A stretch of 64,000 nucleotides of DNA from an uncultured Thermoactinomycetaceae bacterium (GCA_937975135.1 CALJVA010000048.1:12208-76207); one strand, 5' to 3'. Numbered from the stretch's first letter, positions 37,980 through 47,337 are shown. Notes: a model not told the origin generated them from the letters alone. Numbers and translations: made by a program.

Positions 37980-39524
37980 ATTTAATCTGCGAGGTAGAGG
38001 AATTTTGTTTCTGAGGAAAGGTACGACGGATAAAAATAGCCGCTATAAGGGCGCCTAGGAATAAGGCGCTTCCTCCCACAATCATGCTGCTGTGCATGCC
38101 ACTGACGAAGGCTTCACCAATGATTTTCTGAAAAGTGGTCGTTTCAATTCCTAAGGGTAATGCAGTGTTTCCTTGCATTTCTCCTTGTGAAGCCAGAGTA
38201 AGGATCTGTTCGCGGGCAGTTTGTTTCAAAGGAAAAGAAGTGAGGGAATCCTCTAATGCTTCTCTAAACTGGCCTGATGTGATTGCGCCGAGGAGTGCGA
38301 TGCCAAATAATCCCCCGCTTCCCGGTAGGTAGTTAAGGTCGCAGAGGCCATTCCAGCATGGTTGGAAGGTACTGCTCCCATCACAGCAGCTGTTGTGGGA
38401 GCCATGGTGCAACCAATCCCAAGTCCCATCATAACGACAATCCACCACCAGGTGGCGTAGGGGGTAGTGGCATCCAAGCGGAGAAAGAGTAACAGACTAG
38501 TTCCGGCCAGTACCATTCCTGCTATCATTGGAAGGCGTGAACCAAGGTGGCCAGCTAGTTTCCCTGCAAGGGGCGCCATGATGATCATTGCTATTGTAGC
38601 AGGTAAAAAGCGGAGGCCCGCTTCTGCAGAGGTGTATCCCTGAATTTGCTGCATATAAAGGGATAGGATAAAAAACATTGCAAAGAGTCCGAATCCAATC
38701 AGAAAACCAACAGCATTGGCCGCTGAAAACGTGGGATTGGTAAAGAAGCGAAGTGGAAACATTGGATTAGCAATTGATCGTTCGACAAGAAAGAAAATAA
38801 CGAATAGGAGGAAAGCGGCTATAAATAGTCCAAGGATTAGTGGAGAAGTCCAACCCCATTGGTTCCCTTCGATAAGTGCAAAGGTTAAGGAGCCAAGAGA
38901 AAGAATCCAAAGGGCTTGACCGTAGAAATCGACGGGTTTTGGGTTTGGATCACGCGATTCAAGGATGAAACGGGTGACAAGAACAAAGGAAAGGATACCA
39001 ATTGGGATATTGATGAGAAAGATGCTTTGCCAGCCAAAGGTGTTTACAAGAATTCCGCCGAGAAGTGGGCCCACCAAAAGGGCGAGGCCAGAGATCGCAG
39101 ACCAAATGCCAAAAGCTTGTGCACGCTCGGCAGGGTCTGTAAAGGTGTGAGTAAGAATAGCCAATGATCCGGGAAGAAGTCCTGCTGCGCCAATCCCTTG
39201 TAAGGCTCGGCCAAATATCAGGGTTTCAATGTTGGGTGCCATGGCACACAGGGCGGAGGCAGCTGTGAAGATTCCCAATCCAATTAAAAATAAGCGTTTG
39301 CGACCAAAACGGTCTCCCAGAGTCCCACCGGTTAAAAGAAGGCTGGCGAATAGGAGCGAGTAGGCGTTAATAATCCACTGTAGTTTGGCAACTTCAGTTT
39401 GGAGATGGGATTGGATTGCTGGGAGTGCAAGGTAGACCACTGTACTATCAAGTAAAGCCATAAAGAGAGAAAAGCACATGGTGCCGAGGGTAAGTACCTT
39501 AAAGCGGCGATTTTCTTTGAACAT
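37978..39524 (-). pseudogene. DHA2 (EmrB/QacA-type, 14-TM) MFS drug-efflux transporter, frameshifted
   Basis: The two track ORFs (38253-39575 and 37978-38448) are the two halves of one transporter. The frame switches at a C5 run (38312-38316; G5 on the coding strand), and one extra G restores ...TTYREAGGLFGIALLGAI.... Start at MFKENRR (RBS GGGGGA). Confidence 0.8.
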
Positions 39525-39760
39525 AAGGAATCCCCCTATTGGGAAATTTATGAAAACATTATAATAATACCACAAGGGGAGAAAGGATGAAATACTTTGA
39601 TGAAGGATGGGATCTTGATTTGATAATTTTTTTCGCTATAATTTATTGAAATAATATTCTTTAGAATATAGAGAGAAAATTTTCCTAGATGGATAGTGGC
39701 TAGTGAAAATAAGGCTTTTCTCTTAATGAGGCGAGTCTATTTTAAGGCGGGATTGAAAAG

Positions 39761-40663
39761 ATGGAGAGAAGAGATGTTTTGGAAAAAAGATTAAATGATT
39801 TTTTTCGTATAAAGGATTTTGGCCCGGATCCGGCCTTTTCTCGCTTTATTCCGATGGTTTATGATCCAATTGGTGTTGATTGGAAGAGCACCTTTAATCC
39901 AGATTTTCTTCAGTATTTTAATGGATTGTTGTTAAAAGGTGCCGATGAAGTACATCGGGTGTTTTTGGCGGTCTTTCCGACGGACGATGTGCTAGAACGG
40001 TTTATAGCAGAGTCGGAAGAAGGAGATCTCCTTTTTATGCATCATCCACTTCTGATGGAATGTGGGGATCCGAGAGGGAAATGGGGAAGAGGTTTTGTTC
40101 CGATGGATAAAAAGTGGTTGGATCGTATAAAGGAGAAAAAGCTTTCGGTTTATACCTGTCACATACCGATGGATCTAAACCGGCAGGTAGGTACCAATGC
40201 CTCTATTGCTGAAGCGCTACAGGCGCAAGCAGTGGATACCTTTGCGCAGGGTTATGGGTGGATTTGTGAGATTGAAACGACCAATATCGATGCTTTAGTC
40301 GACTCTTTATTAGATATTTTTTCGATTCCTTATGTGGACTTTGAGGGAAAGAAGTTGCAAGAGATAAGCCGAGTGGCGATTCATGCGGGGTGTGGAGATC
40401 AGGTAGAATCGATGAGAGAAGCGGAAGCAAAGGGAGCACAAGCTTATATTACAGGTGAGATACACTGCCATATTGACAATGATTATGGACGAATGCGGTA
40501 CCAGCAAATAATGGCGTATACAAAGGAGACGACCATGTCCTTAATCGGTGTTTCCCATTCTGCCTCGGAATACTTGGTGATGAAAACCCAAGCAAAGAAG
40601 TTTTTTGAGGATAATTTTTCTGTGCAGTGTATTTTGTTGCCGCAAAAAAAGTGGTGGCTGTAA
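39761..40663 (+). CDS. NIF3-family dinuclear metal centre protein
   Basis: LLFMHHPLLM and GVSHSASE motifs, plus ITGEIHCH. Confidence 0.8.
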   Translation: MERRDVLEKRLNDFFRIKDFGPDPAFSRFIPMVYDPIGVDWKSTFNPDFLQYFNGLLLKGADEVHRVFLAVFPTDDVLERFIAESEEGDLLFMHHPLLMECGDPRGKWGRGFVPMDKKWLDRIKEKKLSVYTCHIPMDLNRQVGTNASIAEALQAQAVDTFAQGYGWICEIETTNIDALVDSLLDIFSIPYVDFEGKKLQEISRVAIHAGCGDQVESMREAEAKGAQAYITGEIHCHIDNDYGRMRYQQIMAYTKETTMSLIGVSHSASEYLVMKTQAKKFFEDNFSVQCILLPQKKWWL

Positions 40664-40744
40664 GGCTTCTAGGGCAATCTCATCAGTCTCATCGTTTCGC
40701 AGGGTTTGAAAAGGGTAGAATCGTGGAATTTCAAGCGGCAAATT

Positions 40745-40769
40745 ATCTAAACTAGTTTGCAGCACAAAC
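40745..40769 (+). repeat. 25-nt intergenic motif, copy 1
   Basis: ATCTAAACTAGTTTGCAGCACAAAC (dyad GTTTG-N5-CAAAC); 12 nt upstream of the hairpin at 40781. Confidence 0.9.
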
Positions 40770-40780
40770 AAAAAATTTTG

Positions 40781-40811
40781 GGCCTGCTATCTTGTTAGTA
40801 GGCCATTTTTT
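40781..40811 (+). terminator. Terminator downstream of the NIF3-family gene
   Basis: GGCCTGCTA-6 nt-TAGTAGGCC (one G-U pair) followed by ATTTTTT. Confidence 0.75.
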
Positions 40812-40864
40812 ACCGCTATATTGTGCGATGTCTCCAAATATTTTCTTAGGATAGGGGGATTGAA

Positions 40865-41443
40865 ATGAAAAAGTGCACTTTTCTCCTGGTGATGTTGGGG
40901 CTAGTGTTGATGGGGTGTAGTGAGGAGAAGGATGTGCCTCAGCTTGTACCCTATGAACTTTCCTCAGATGAAAAACAATTGGTGCATTTGACAGCGACAC
41001 CTACAGAGGATTTGTTGGTCTACAAGGTTAAGCCTGGGAATGTAGTGGTTGATGTCAAAGTGGAGCATTATCAAAAAGGAAAACTGGTTAATTCATTCAT
41101 GGAATTTTCACAAGAAATAGGGGAGGGTGAATCTTTCCTTTCCTTTGGTTCACGGGAAATTACCCTGGAAGAAAAGCCCTTTCGCCAGTGGTTTCTCTCG
41201 GTTAATGGAGGTCATATCACAACTGTAAAAGGGCCTATAGCAGATCAAGGTGCCTATAGTAGCACTTCCCTCAGGGAAGCTAGGGAGTTGTCTTCTGATC
41301 AGTATGTAGCTGTGGGCGTCTGGATTCAGGCTGGAGAGAAGAAAAATCTGAGTCCACTTGTCTTAGATGAGAAGGAGGCGCTCGAAAAAATCATCCAGGA
41401 TCACGAAGAAGTGTATGTTTTGTTATGCAAGTTAAAAGTGTAA
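40865..41443 (+). CDS. Lipoprotein of unknown function
   Basis: Signal peptide with lipobox LVLMGC, and RBS AGGGGGA. Confidence 0.8.
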   Translation: MKKCTFLLVMLGLVLMGCSEEKDVPQLVPYELSSDEKQLVHLTATPTEDLLVYKVKPGNVVVDVKVEHYQKGKLVNSFMEFSQEIGEGESFLSFGSREITLEEKPFRQWFLSVNGGHITTVKGPIADQGAYSSTSLREARELSSDQYVAVGVWIQAGEKKNLSPLVLDEKEALEKIIQDHEEVYVLLCKLKV

Positions 41444-41459
41444 GAAAGGCGTAAAAACC

Positions 41460-41490
41460 CAACCATCCGCTCAGGATGGTTGTTTGTATT
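41460..41490 (+). terminator. Terminator after the lipoprotein gene
   Basis: CAACCATCC-gctca-GGATGGTTG followed by TTTGTATT. Confidence 0.75.
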
Positions 41491-41542
41491 GTGTTACTAT
41501 AATTGATGTAGCATTTACCAAAGATGATCGGAGCGAAGAGAG

Positions 41543-42262
41543 ATGAAGGGGCAATACCGTAAAGGGTTTCGACAGGGAATAAAAATGGGATTGGAAAGTA
41601 GTAGGATCAAGCGAAAAAACGAAGTATTAGCGTCGCAGCAAGAGAGGCTTACGATCGTGGATGAAGAGGGAAATCCTCTCGGAGTGGCGACACGAGATGA
41701 GGTGCATCGACAGGGGCATTGGCATGAAACTTTTCATTGCTGGGTGGTCAGTCGAGAAACCAAGGGCCTTTATTTTCATTTTCAATTACGAAGTACAGAG
41801 AAAAAAGATTTCCCCAATCGATTTGATGTTGCTGCTGCAGGACATCTGTTGGCAGGAGAAAAAGTAGCCGATGGAGTCCGGGAGGTGGAGGAGGAGCTAG
41901 GTCTCTCCGTTACACTTTCAGATTTAATTCCGCTAGGTGTTGTCAAGGATCGATTAAAAATAGGGAAATTTTTGGACAATGAGCGTTGCCATGTGTTCCT
42001 TTATGAAAATAAAATGCCAATCGACGCTTATCAGTTGCAGCAGGGAGAAGTATCTGGAATAGTAAAAACCGAGTTTCAATCTTTTTATGAGTTGTGCCAG
42101 GGTAAACGAGAAGAGGTATTGGTGGAAGGATATAAGATCGGTTCGAAGGGAAAAGTTCCTCTTAAAGAGTTTGTTCCAAAATCCCGATTTGTTCCTCATG
42201 AACCGGCGTATTTTAAAGAGGTTATGGATCTCATTTTAGGAAGGTTTCAACAAACTATCTAA
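41543..42262 (+). CDS. NUDIX hydrolase
   Basis: Nudix box GHLLAGEKVADGVREVEEELGL. The exact start is uncertain (second ATG about 40 nt downstream). Confidence 0.85.
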   Translation: MKGQYRKGFRQGIKMGLESSRIKRKNEVLASQQERLTIVDEEGNPLGVATRDEVHRQGHWHETFHCWVVSRETKGLYFHFQLRSTEKKDFPNRFDVAAAGHLLAGEKVADGVREVEEELGLSVTLSDLIPLGVVKDRLKIGKFLDNERCHVFLYENKMPIDAYQLQQGEVSGIVKTEFQSFYELCQGKREEVLVEGYKIGSKGKVPLKEFVPKSRFVPHEPAYFKEVMDLILGRFQQTI

Positions 42263-42282
42263 AACAAGTTTGCATCACAAAC
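42257..42282 (+). repeat. 25-nt intergenic motif, copy 2 (one extra A)
   Basis: ATCTAAAACAAGTTTGCATCACAAAC, overlapping the NUDIX stop codon (42260-42262). Confidence 0.9.
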
Positions 42283-42459
42283 TTAATAATTATAAGATGC
42301 ACTATAAAATCACTTTACTAATATCAATTTACATAGCAATACGATTTGTCATTTGCTTTGTCCTTCCTAATCAATTCGAAGGATCTCAAACTTAAAAGCA
42401 TTGAAGTGCTAAGCAACTTGCAATGCGCGGCAGCTTATATTTGCTTTTTAATCTCATTA

Positions 42460-42484
42460 ATCTAAACAAGTTTGCTGCACAAAC
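42460..42484 (+). repeat. 25-nt intergenic motif, copy 3
   Basis: ATCTAAACAAGTTTGCTGCACAAAC, followed directly by an A-rich (CAAAA)n-like tract. Confidence 0.9.
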
Positions 42485-42518
42485 CAAAACAAAAACAAAA
42501 CAAAAATAAAAAAAATTA
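42484..42518 (+). repeat. A-rich (CAAAA)n-like microsatellite
   Basis: CCAAAACAAAAACAAAACAAAAATAAAAAAAATT, immediately upstream of the ynfA-like RBS. Confidence 0.85.
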
Positions 42519-42534
42519 AAGGAAAGAGCCATAC

Positions 42535-42824
42535 ATGTTACAAGCCACCATTTTATTCCTACTAGCTGGGGTTGCTGAAGTAGGAGGAGGTTACCTCATT
42601 TGGCTATGGTTACGGGAGGGAAAGTCATATTGGGTTGGAGGTCTTGGTGCCATTATTCTTGCTTTATATGGCGTTATCGCTACCTTATATGAAGGAGTAT
42701 TTATCCTAATATCGGTACTTTGGGATGGGGAATTGACTAAAAAACCGATTGTTATGACTGGATTGGGGCAGCTATCTGTTTGATCGGAGTAGGGGTTATG
42801 TTATGGACTCCCCGAAGTGAATAA
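42535..42824 (+). pseudogene. YnfA/UPF0060-family membrane protein, decayed
   Basis: The N-terminus is YnfA-like ([18 protein letters not shown]). About 10 aa are missing relative to E. coli YnfA (region ...HPAASGRVYAA...). A frame change lies at a G-run near 42719-42723. TAA at 42738-42740 interrupts the frame that carries the conserved C-terminus [21 protein letters not shown]. Confidence 0.7.
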
Positions 42825-42922
42825 TTAGGAATCTATTTTCCCCACGCTTGCCCTACGTTGACTACCAAATTAAACAAGAGGTATAATATACAAATTGAAG
42901 GGAATCGGATGGAGGGTTATAA

Positions 42923-44212
42923 GTGCTAACTACGATTGCAAATATTGCTGATCAGGTCGGAAAAGAAGTAAAGCTAGGCGGTTGGCTATATAATAAGCGT
43001 TCCAGCGGGAAGATCCAGTTTTTACAATTAAGGGATGGTACTGGTGTTATTCAGTGTGTTATGGTTAAAAACAATGTTTCACCAGAGAGCTGGGAGCAGG
43101 CCAAAAATTTAACTCAAGAAAGTTCTCTCTATATTACCGGAACTGTACGTGCTGATGAACGGGCACCTAGTGGCTTCGAACTGGATGTTCAAGATATAGA
43201 AGTTATTCAGATTGCAGAAGAGTACCCTATTTCATTGAAAGAGCACGGAATCGAATTTTTACTTGATCATCGTCATCTTTGGATTCGCACGCCTCGGCAG
43301 CGAGCAATTCTTCGGATTCGGGCATTGATCATCCAGGCAATGACAGAATGGTTGGATAACCATGGATTTACTAAGGTGGATCCACCAATATTAACGCCAT
43401 CTTCTTGTGAGGGAACGACCACTCTCTTTCACACCCGCTATTTTGATGAAGATGCATATCTTAGCCAGAGTGGTCAATTGTATATGGAAGCGGCAGCTGC
43501 CTCCCTTGGGCGCGTGTATTCCTTTGGTCCAACTTTTCGCGCGGAAAAGTCAAAAACCCGCCGACATCTCATTGAGTTCTGGATGATGGAACCGGAGATG
43601 ATGTTTGTCGATCATGAAGAAAGTTTGCGCATCCAAGAGGAGCTAGTCGCGTATATTGTCCATTATGTGCTCGAGCATGGTCGTAATGAGCTTGCAACGA
43701 TCGGTCGAGATGTGTCCATGCTAGAAAAGATGAAAGTGCCTTTTGATCGGATTACATATGATGAAGCGGTTGATCTGTTAAATAAGAAAGGATTTGAATT
43801 TACATGGGGAGAAGACTTTGGCGCACCTCATGAAACAGCCATAGCGAATAGTTTTGAGGGCCCTGTCTTCATTACTCACTATCCCACTAAAGTGAAGTCT
43901 TTTTATATGAAGCCAGATCCTAACCGTCCAGAAGTAGTACTCTGTGCAGATCTGATTGCCCCAGAGGGATACGGTGAAATCATTGGTGGCAGTCAGCGGA
44001 TTGACGATCCAAAGCTTTTGGAACAGCGATTTGAAGAGCATAATCTACCACGGGAAGATTATGAGTGGTATTTGGATCTACGAAAATATGGATCCGTTCC
44101 CCATTCAGGATTTGGTTTAGGATTGGAACGAGTGGTTGCTTGGATTTGCGGATTGGATCATGTTCGCGAAGCAATTCCATTTCCACGCATGCTCAACCGA
44201 CTTCGTCCATAG
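42923..44212 (+). CDS. asnS: Asparagine--tRNA ligase
   Basis: Class IIb aaRS with an OB-fold N-domain, [12 protein letters not shown], and GGSQR...[11 protein letters not shown] start. Confidence 0.97.
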   Translation: MLTTIANIADQVGKEVKLGGWLYNKRSSGKIQFLQLRDGTGVIQCVMVKNNVSPESWEQAKNLTQESSLYITGTVRADERAPSGFELDVQDIEVIQIAEEYPISLKEHGIEFLLDHRHLWIRTPRQRAILRIRALIIQAMTEWLDNHGFTKVDPPILTPSSCEGTTTLFHTRYFDEDAYLSQSGQLYMEAAAASLGRVYSFGPTFRAEKSKTRRHLIEFWMMEPEMMFVDHEESLRIQEELVAYIVHYVLEHGRNELATIGRDVSMLEKMKVPFDRITYDEAVDLLNKKGFEFTWGEDFGAPHETAIANSFEGPVFITHYPTKVKSFYMKPDPNRPEVVLCADLIAPEGYGEIIGGSQRIDDPKLLEQRFEEHNLPREDYEWYLDLRKYGSVPHSGFGLGLERVVAWICGLDHVREAIPFPRMLNRLRP

Positions 44213-44233
44213 GAGGAGAAAACATTTTTATAT

Positions 44234-44260
44234 GCACCGGAAGCTATCCGGTGCTTTTCT
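44234..44260 (+). terminator. Terminator after asnS
   Basis: GCACCGG-7 nt-CCGGTGC followed by TTTTCTT. Confidence 0.75.
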
Positions 44261-44322
44261 TACTTTTGCAAGACTTTTTTTTCGCGACTACGATTGATAT
44301 AGTAGGATTGAGGTGGGGGAAC

Positions 44323-45066
44323 ATGGATCGAAACAGGACGTCACTGGCACCAATGGTTCAATTATTAAAAGAAGGATCTGTTTCTGTTCCAGTCGCAATC
44401 TTCACAGGTTATAAGAGGTTGGGGTTAACAGAAAGTCAAGTTATGCTGCTGCTTCATATCCTGCTTTTCCAAGAAAAAGAAGGAAAACATTTTCCCTCAG
44501 TAAATGAGCTGGCCGACCGGATGAGTTTATCGGCAGACCAGCTGATCGGATGCTTACAGACGTTGGTCCGTGGAGGCTATCTACGAATTGAAGAAGAGGT
44601 AGATGCAAAGGGACTACGCTGTGAGCGCTACTCGCTCACTCCATTATTTAGTAAACTGGCATCTTTTTATCTTGAAGATAAACAAGAAGAGGCAACGACA
44701 ATTGAGATGCCATTGCAAGAACAAGAGGATACTTATCAAAATCTCTTTCATATTTTTGAACAAGAATTTGGCCGTCCTTTATCCCCGATGGAATGTGAAA
44801 CATTGAATCAATGGCTAGATCAAGATGGTTATTCGTCGGAGTTGATTATTGCTGCATTACGTGAGGCAGTTTTTTGCAACAAGGTGAACTTTCGCTATAT
44901 TGATCGGATCTTGTTGGAATGGCAAAGAAACCAAATCCATACACCAGAGCAAGCAGTGAATTACTCTCGTAAGTTCCGGCAGAAAGGTACTCTATATCAA
45001 GGCGAAACAAGAGATAAAAAGATTTCTTCCTCATTCTCCTTTTATAACTGGGTGAAAGAGAGATAA
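44323..45066 (+). CDS. dnaD: DNA replication initiation/remodelling protein DnaD
   Basis: DnaD N-terminal wHTH (GLTESQVMLLLHILLF) and C-terminal DnaB_2/DnaD repeat (FEQEFGRPLSPMECETLNQW, IDRILLEW). Start at MDRNRT after GGTGGGGGA; the track ORF extends spuriously to 44065. asnS-dnaD synteny. Confidence 0.9.
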   Translation: MDRNRTSLAPMVQLLKEGSVSVPVAIFTGYKRLGLTESQVMLLLHILLFQEKEGKHFPSVNELADRMSLSADQLIGCLQTLVRGGYLRIEEEVDAKGLRCERYSLTPLFSKLASFYLEDKQEEATTIEMPLQEQEDTYQNLFHIFEQEFGRPLSPMECETLNQWLDQDGYSSELIIAALREAVFCNKVNFRYIDRILLEWQRNQIHTPEQAVNYSRKFRQKGTLYQGETRDKKISSSFSFYNWVKER

Positions 45067-45097
45067 ACCAGCACCGAATATTCGGTGCTGGTTTTTT
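45066..45097. terminator. Bidirectional terminator between dnaD and the convergent MBL gene
   Basis: Perfect palindrome AACCAGCACCGAAT/ATTCGGTGCTGGTT followed by TTTT. Confidence 0.9.
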
Positions 45098-45953
45098 AAT
45101 GGAGGTTCTTATTTACGAATCTACCATAGTCAGGAATAGCTACTTTCTCAAAGTCTTGTGCAAGCTTTTGCAACCCATTATGAAGTACTTCCCCTGATAC
45201 AGGTACTCCATGACCGGTTACTGCTACTGAAGGACGTAATGCTGCTAGTTTCCTTACTGAGCCTTTCGCGCGAGTCCAATCAGTGGTAAGGTATCGTGGA
45301 GGGCCATTGATCTCCATTTTCTGTGTAAATACTTTATACAATGCATCTTGTCTTACGGTGACAAAGGCATCTCCAGCGATTAGTGTACGATCTTTCTCCC
45401 GAAAGAGGGAGATATGGCCTGGTGAATGTCCCGGAGTATGAATCCAGCGAAAATCCGGCAAATGGGGAATTTGTCCTTCAGCAGGAAGGCTTTGTACATA
45501 ATCCCCTAAGTTGATTGGCTTATGGGGGAACAACGGGGACATCTTGGCCACCATTCCACCTTCTACAGTAGCATCAGGGACGGGATAGCTCTTCTGTCCA
45601 GTAAGAAAAGGAAGTTCCAAAGGGTGAGCATAGACTGGTACTTGCCAAAACTTCACCAGATCGATTACGGTCCCAACGTGATCAAAGTGCCCATGGGTCA
45701 ATATAATGGCTTGAGGGCGTTGATTTGGGCCAAAGCGATTCTCCACTATATGAATAATTTCTTCTGTAGCGGTCGGCATTCCAGTATCTATGAGTACAAA
45801 TTCATTGGTCTTAGGCTGCTCAATAAGACAAATGTTTACGATTTGAATTGTATAACAGAATACATCAGGTAGCACCTCAATTCCCTTACCGCTCCGAATT
45901 GAAGTAGCGGGGATAAAACGGTGATCCTCACTATAGGAAATCTCTTTATCCAT
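45096..45953 (-). CDS. MBL-fold metallo-hydrolase
   Basis: ILTHGHFDHVG (HxHxDH) and HTPGHSPGH. RBS GAAGGAGG. Confidence 0.88.
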   Translation of the reverse strand: MDKEISYSEDHRFIPATSIRSGKGIEVLPDVFCYTIQIVNICLIEQPKTNEFVLIDTGMPTATEEIIHIVENRFGPNQRPQAIILTHGHFDHVGTVIDLVKFWQVPVYAHPLELPFLTGQKSYPVPDATVEGGMVAKMSPLFPHKPINLGDYVQSLPAEGQIPHLPDFRWIHTPGHSPGHISLFREKDRTLIAGDAFVTVRQDALYKVFTQKMEINGPPRYLTTDWTRAKGSVRKLAALRPSVAVTGHGVPVSGEVLHNGLQKLAQDFEKVAIPDYGRFVNKNLH

Positions 45954-46027
45954 TGAAGCAACCTCCTTCTAGTGATAGTCTGTCTAAATCGGTTTCTTGT
46001 ATGTAAAGGATTTATAGAGGAGGAAAA

Positions 46028-46410
46028 ATGATGAGATTTACCTTCAAAAAAATCGATCATATCCTCATAGCCGCTCCAAAAGGAAGCGAAGAGGCGGCGA
46101 GACAGTTTTTCACAAAGATTCTTGGTTTTAAAGAGGTAGAGAAACCCGACTCCTTAAAAAGACGGGGAGGTGTTTGGTTCGCCAATGAGAATATACAGAT
46201 TCATATCGGTATTGAGGAACCTTTTATCCCAGCAAAAAAAGCTCATCCTGCTTTTGAAGTTGAAAACATTGAAAACCTGAAGCAGCACCTTCTTACACAG
46301 GGAATCGCTGTACAAGATGATGAAAACCTGCCAGGAGCAAAACGTTTTTTATCTTTGATCCCTTTGGAAACCGAATCGAATTTTTAGAGTGGACTTCTAA
46401 AAGGGGATGA
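46028..46410 (+). pseudogene. VOC/glyoxalase-family protein with a C-terminal frameshift
   Basis: The annotated frame ends ...AKRFLSLIPLETESNF* at 46387. Shifting at the T6 run (46345-46350) gives the canonical VOC ending ...IFDPFGNRIEFLEW, with a stop at 46408-46410. Confidence 0.7.
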
Positions 46411-46475
46411 TTGTAGCATTTTTTTACTGTGGTAGAATAAAGCTATATTTTATAATGAAAGAGGTGCTTTTTTTG

Positions 46476-47303
46476 ATGCCTAAATATAAAAAGGGTGAGA
46501 AAAACCCTGAATGTCAAAGCCATATGGGGCAACATTTACTTCATAATAAAAGCATTATTAAAAAGATCGTTTCCTCTGCTAATATAAAGCCCCATGAGTT
46601 GGTTGTGGAAATTGGTCCAGGAAGTGGAGCGTTAACTCTTCCTTTATCAGAAAAAGCAAACTATGTACTTGCAATAGAGAAAGATGCTACTTTTGTCCGA
46701 GAGTTAAGAAGAAAAATGAAAGGAATAAACAATCTGAAGGTGATTCACGGGGATTTCCTCCATTTTCGATTGCCTAAACAGTCCTATGTGGTAGTGGCTA
46801 ATATTCCATTTGGAATTACGACACCGATTTTAAGAAAGCTGCTTAACCAACCAGCGAATCCGATGGATCGAGCTGTTCTTGTCATTGAAAAGGGAGCAGC
46901 GAAGCGTTTTACGACAAGTCGACCGACCAATCCAGAGGTTTTAAAATGGAGAATGTGGTTTCGATTTACCATGGGTCAGCAGATCGGTTCATATTGTTTT
47001 TCACCGCCTCCGAGCGTTGAATCGGTTGTGTTTAAAATAAAACGTAGACAGGAACTTCTAATTCCTTTTAAATATCACAAGGACTTTATGGGATTTGCTG
47101 CTTATGCTCTTCGATTCCCGCAACTTCCCATCCGCTATGCTTTAAAAGGAATCTTTACAGCTCCGCAAATTACACGTTTACTTCGGGATCTTAAAGTAGA
47201 GCCTTTTGTCCCTATTTACTCACTTACTGAAAAGGAATGGGCAAAGGCTTTTATGACAATGGTTGAATATGTACCAGATTATCGTTGGCCGAAAAGAAAA
47301 TAG
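46476..47303 (+). CDS. erm: Erm-family 23S rRNA adenine N-6-methyltransferase-like protein
   Basis: Colinear with the ErmC pattern (EIGPGSGALT; QSYVVVANIPFGITT vs QSYKIFGNIPYNIST; LVIEKGAAKRF vs LIVEYGFAKRL; FSPPPSVES vs FHPKPKVNS). Start at MPKYKK, with AGAGGTG 9 nt upstream. Confidence 0.8.
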   Translation: MPKYKKGEKNPECQSHMGQHLLHNKSIIKKIVSSANIKPHELVVEIGPGSGALTLPLSEKANYVLAIEKDATFVRELRRKMKGINNLKVIHGDFLHFRLPKQSYVVVANIPFGITTPILRKLLNQPANPMDRAVLVIEKGAAKRFTTSRPTNPEVLKWRMWFRFTMGQQIGSYCFSPPPSVESVVFKIKRRQELLIPFKYHKDFMGFAAYALRFPQLPIRYALKGIFTAPQITRLLRDLKVEPFVPIYSLTEKEWAKAFMTMVEYVPDYRWPKRK

Positions 47304-47308
47304 AGTTT

Positions 47309-47337
47309 AAAAAAGCTGCCAAGTAGGCAGCTTTTTT
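47309..47337. terminator. Bidirectional terminator between erm-like and murF-like genes
   Basis: AAAAAGCTGCC-aagta-GGCAGCTTTTTT. Confidence 0.9.

Noticed and set aside
40745-42484. The GTTTG...CAAAC-containing repeats as a CRISPR array.
   Set aside because: There are only three copies. Their spacing is irregular (about 1.5 kb and about 0.2 kb), protein-coding genes lie between them, and no cas genes are nearby.
42825-42922. T-box leader upstream of asnS.
   Set aside because: The gap is only about 100 nt, with no specifier/antiterminator architecture or terminator hairpin visible.
44065-44322. The 5' extension of the dnaD ORF overlapping the asnS 3' end. Similar N-terminal extensions of track ORFs occur at ymdB (8629), spoVS (9579), cotE (24976), mutL (29778) and hfq (33403).
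   Set aside because: Homology begins at internal start codons that have proper RBSs. The extensions overlap upstream genes or terminators.
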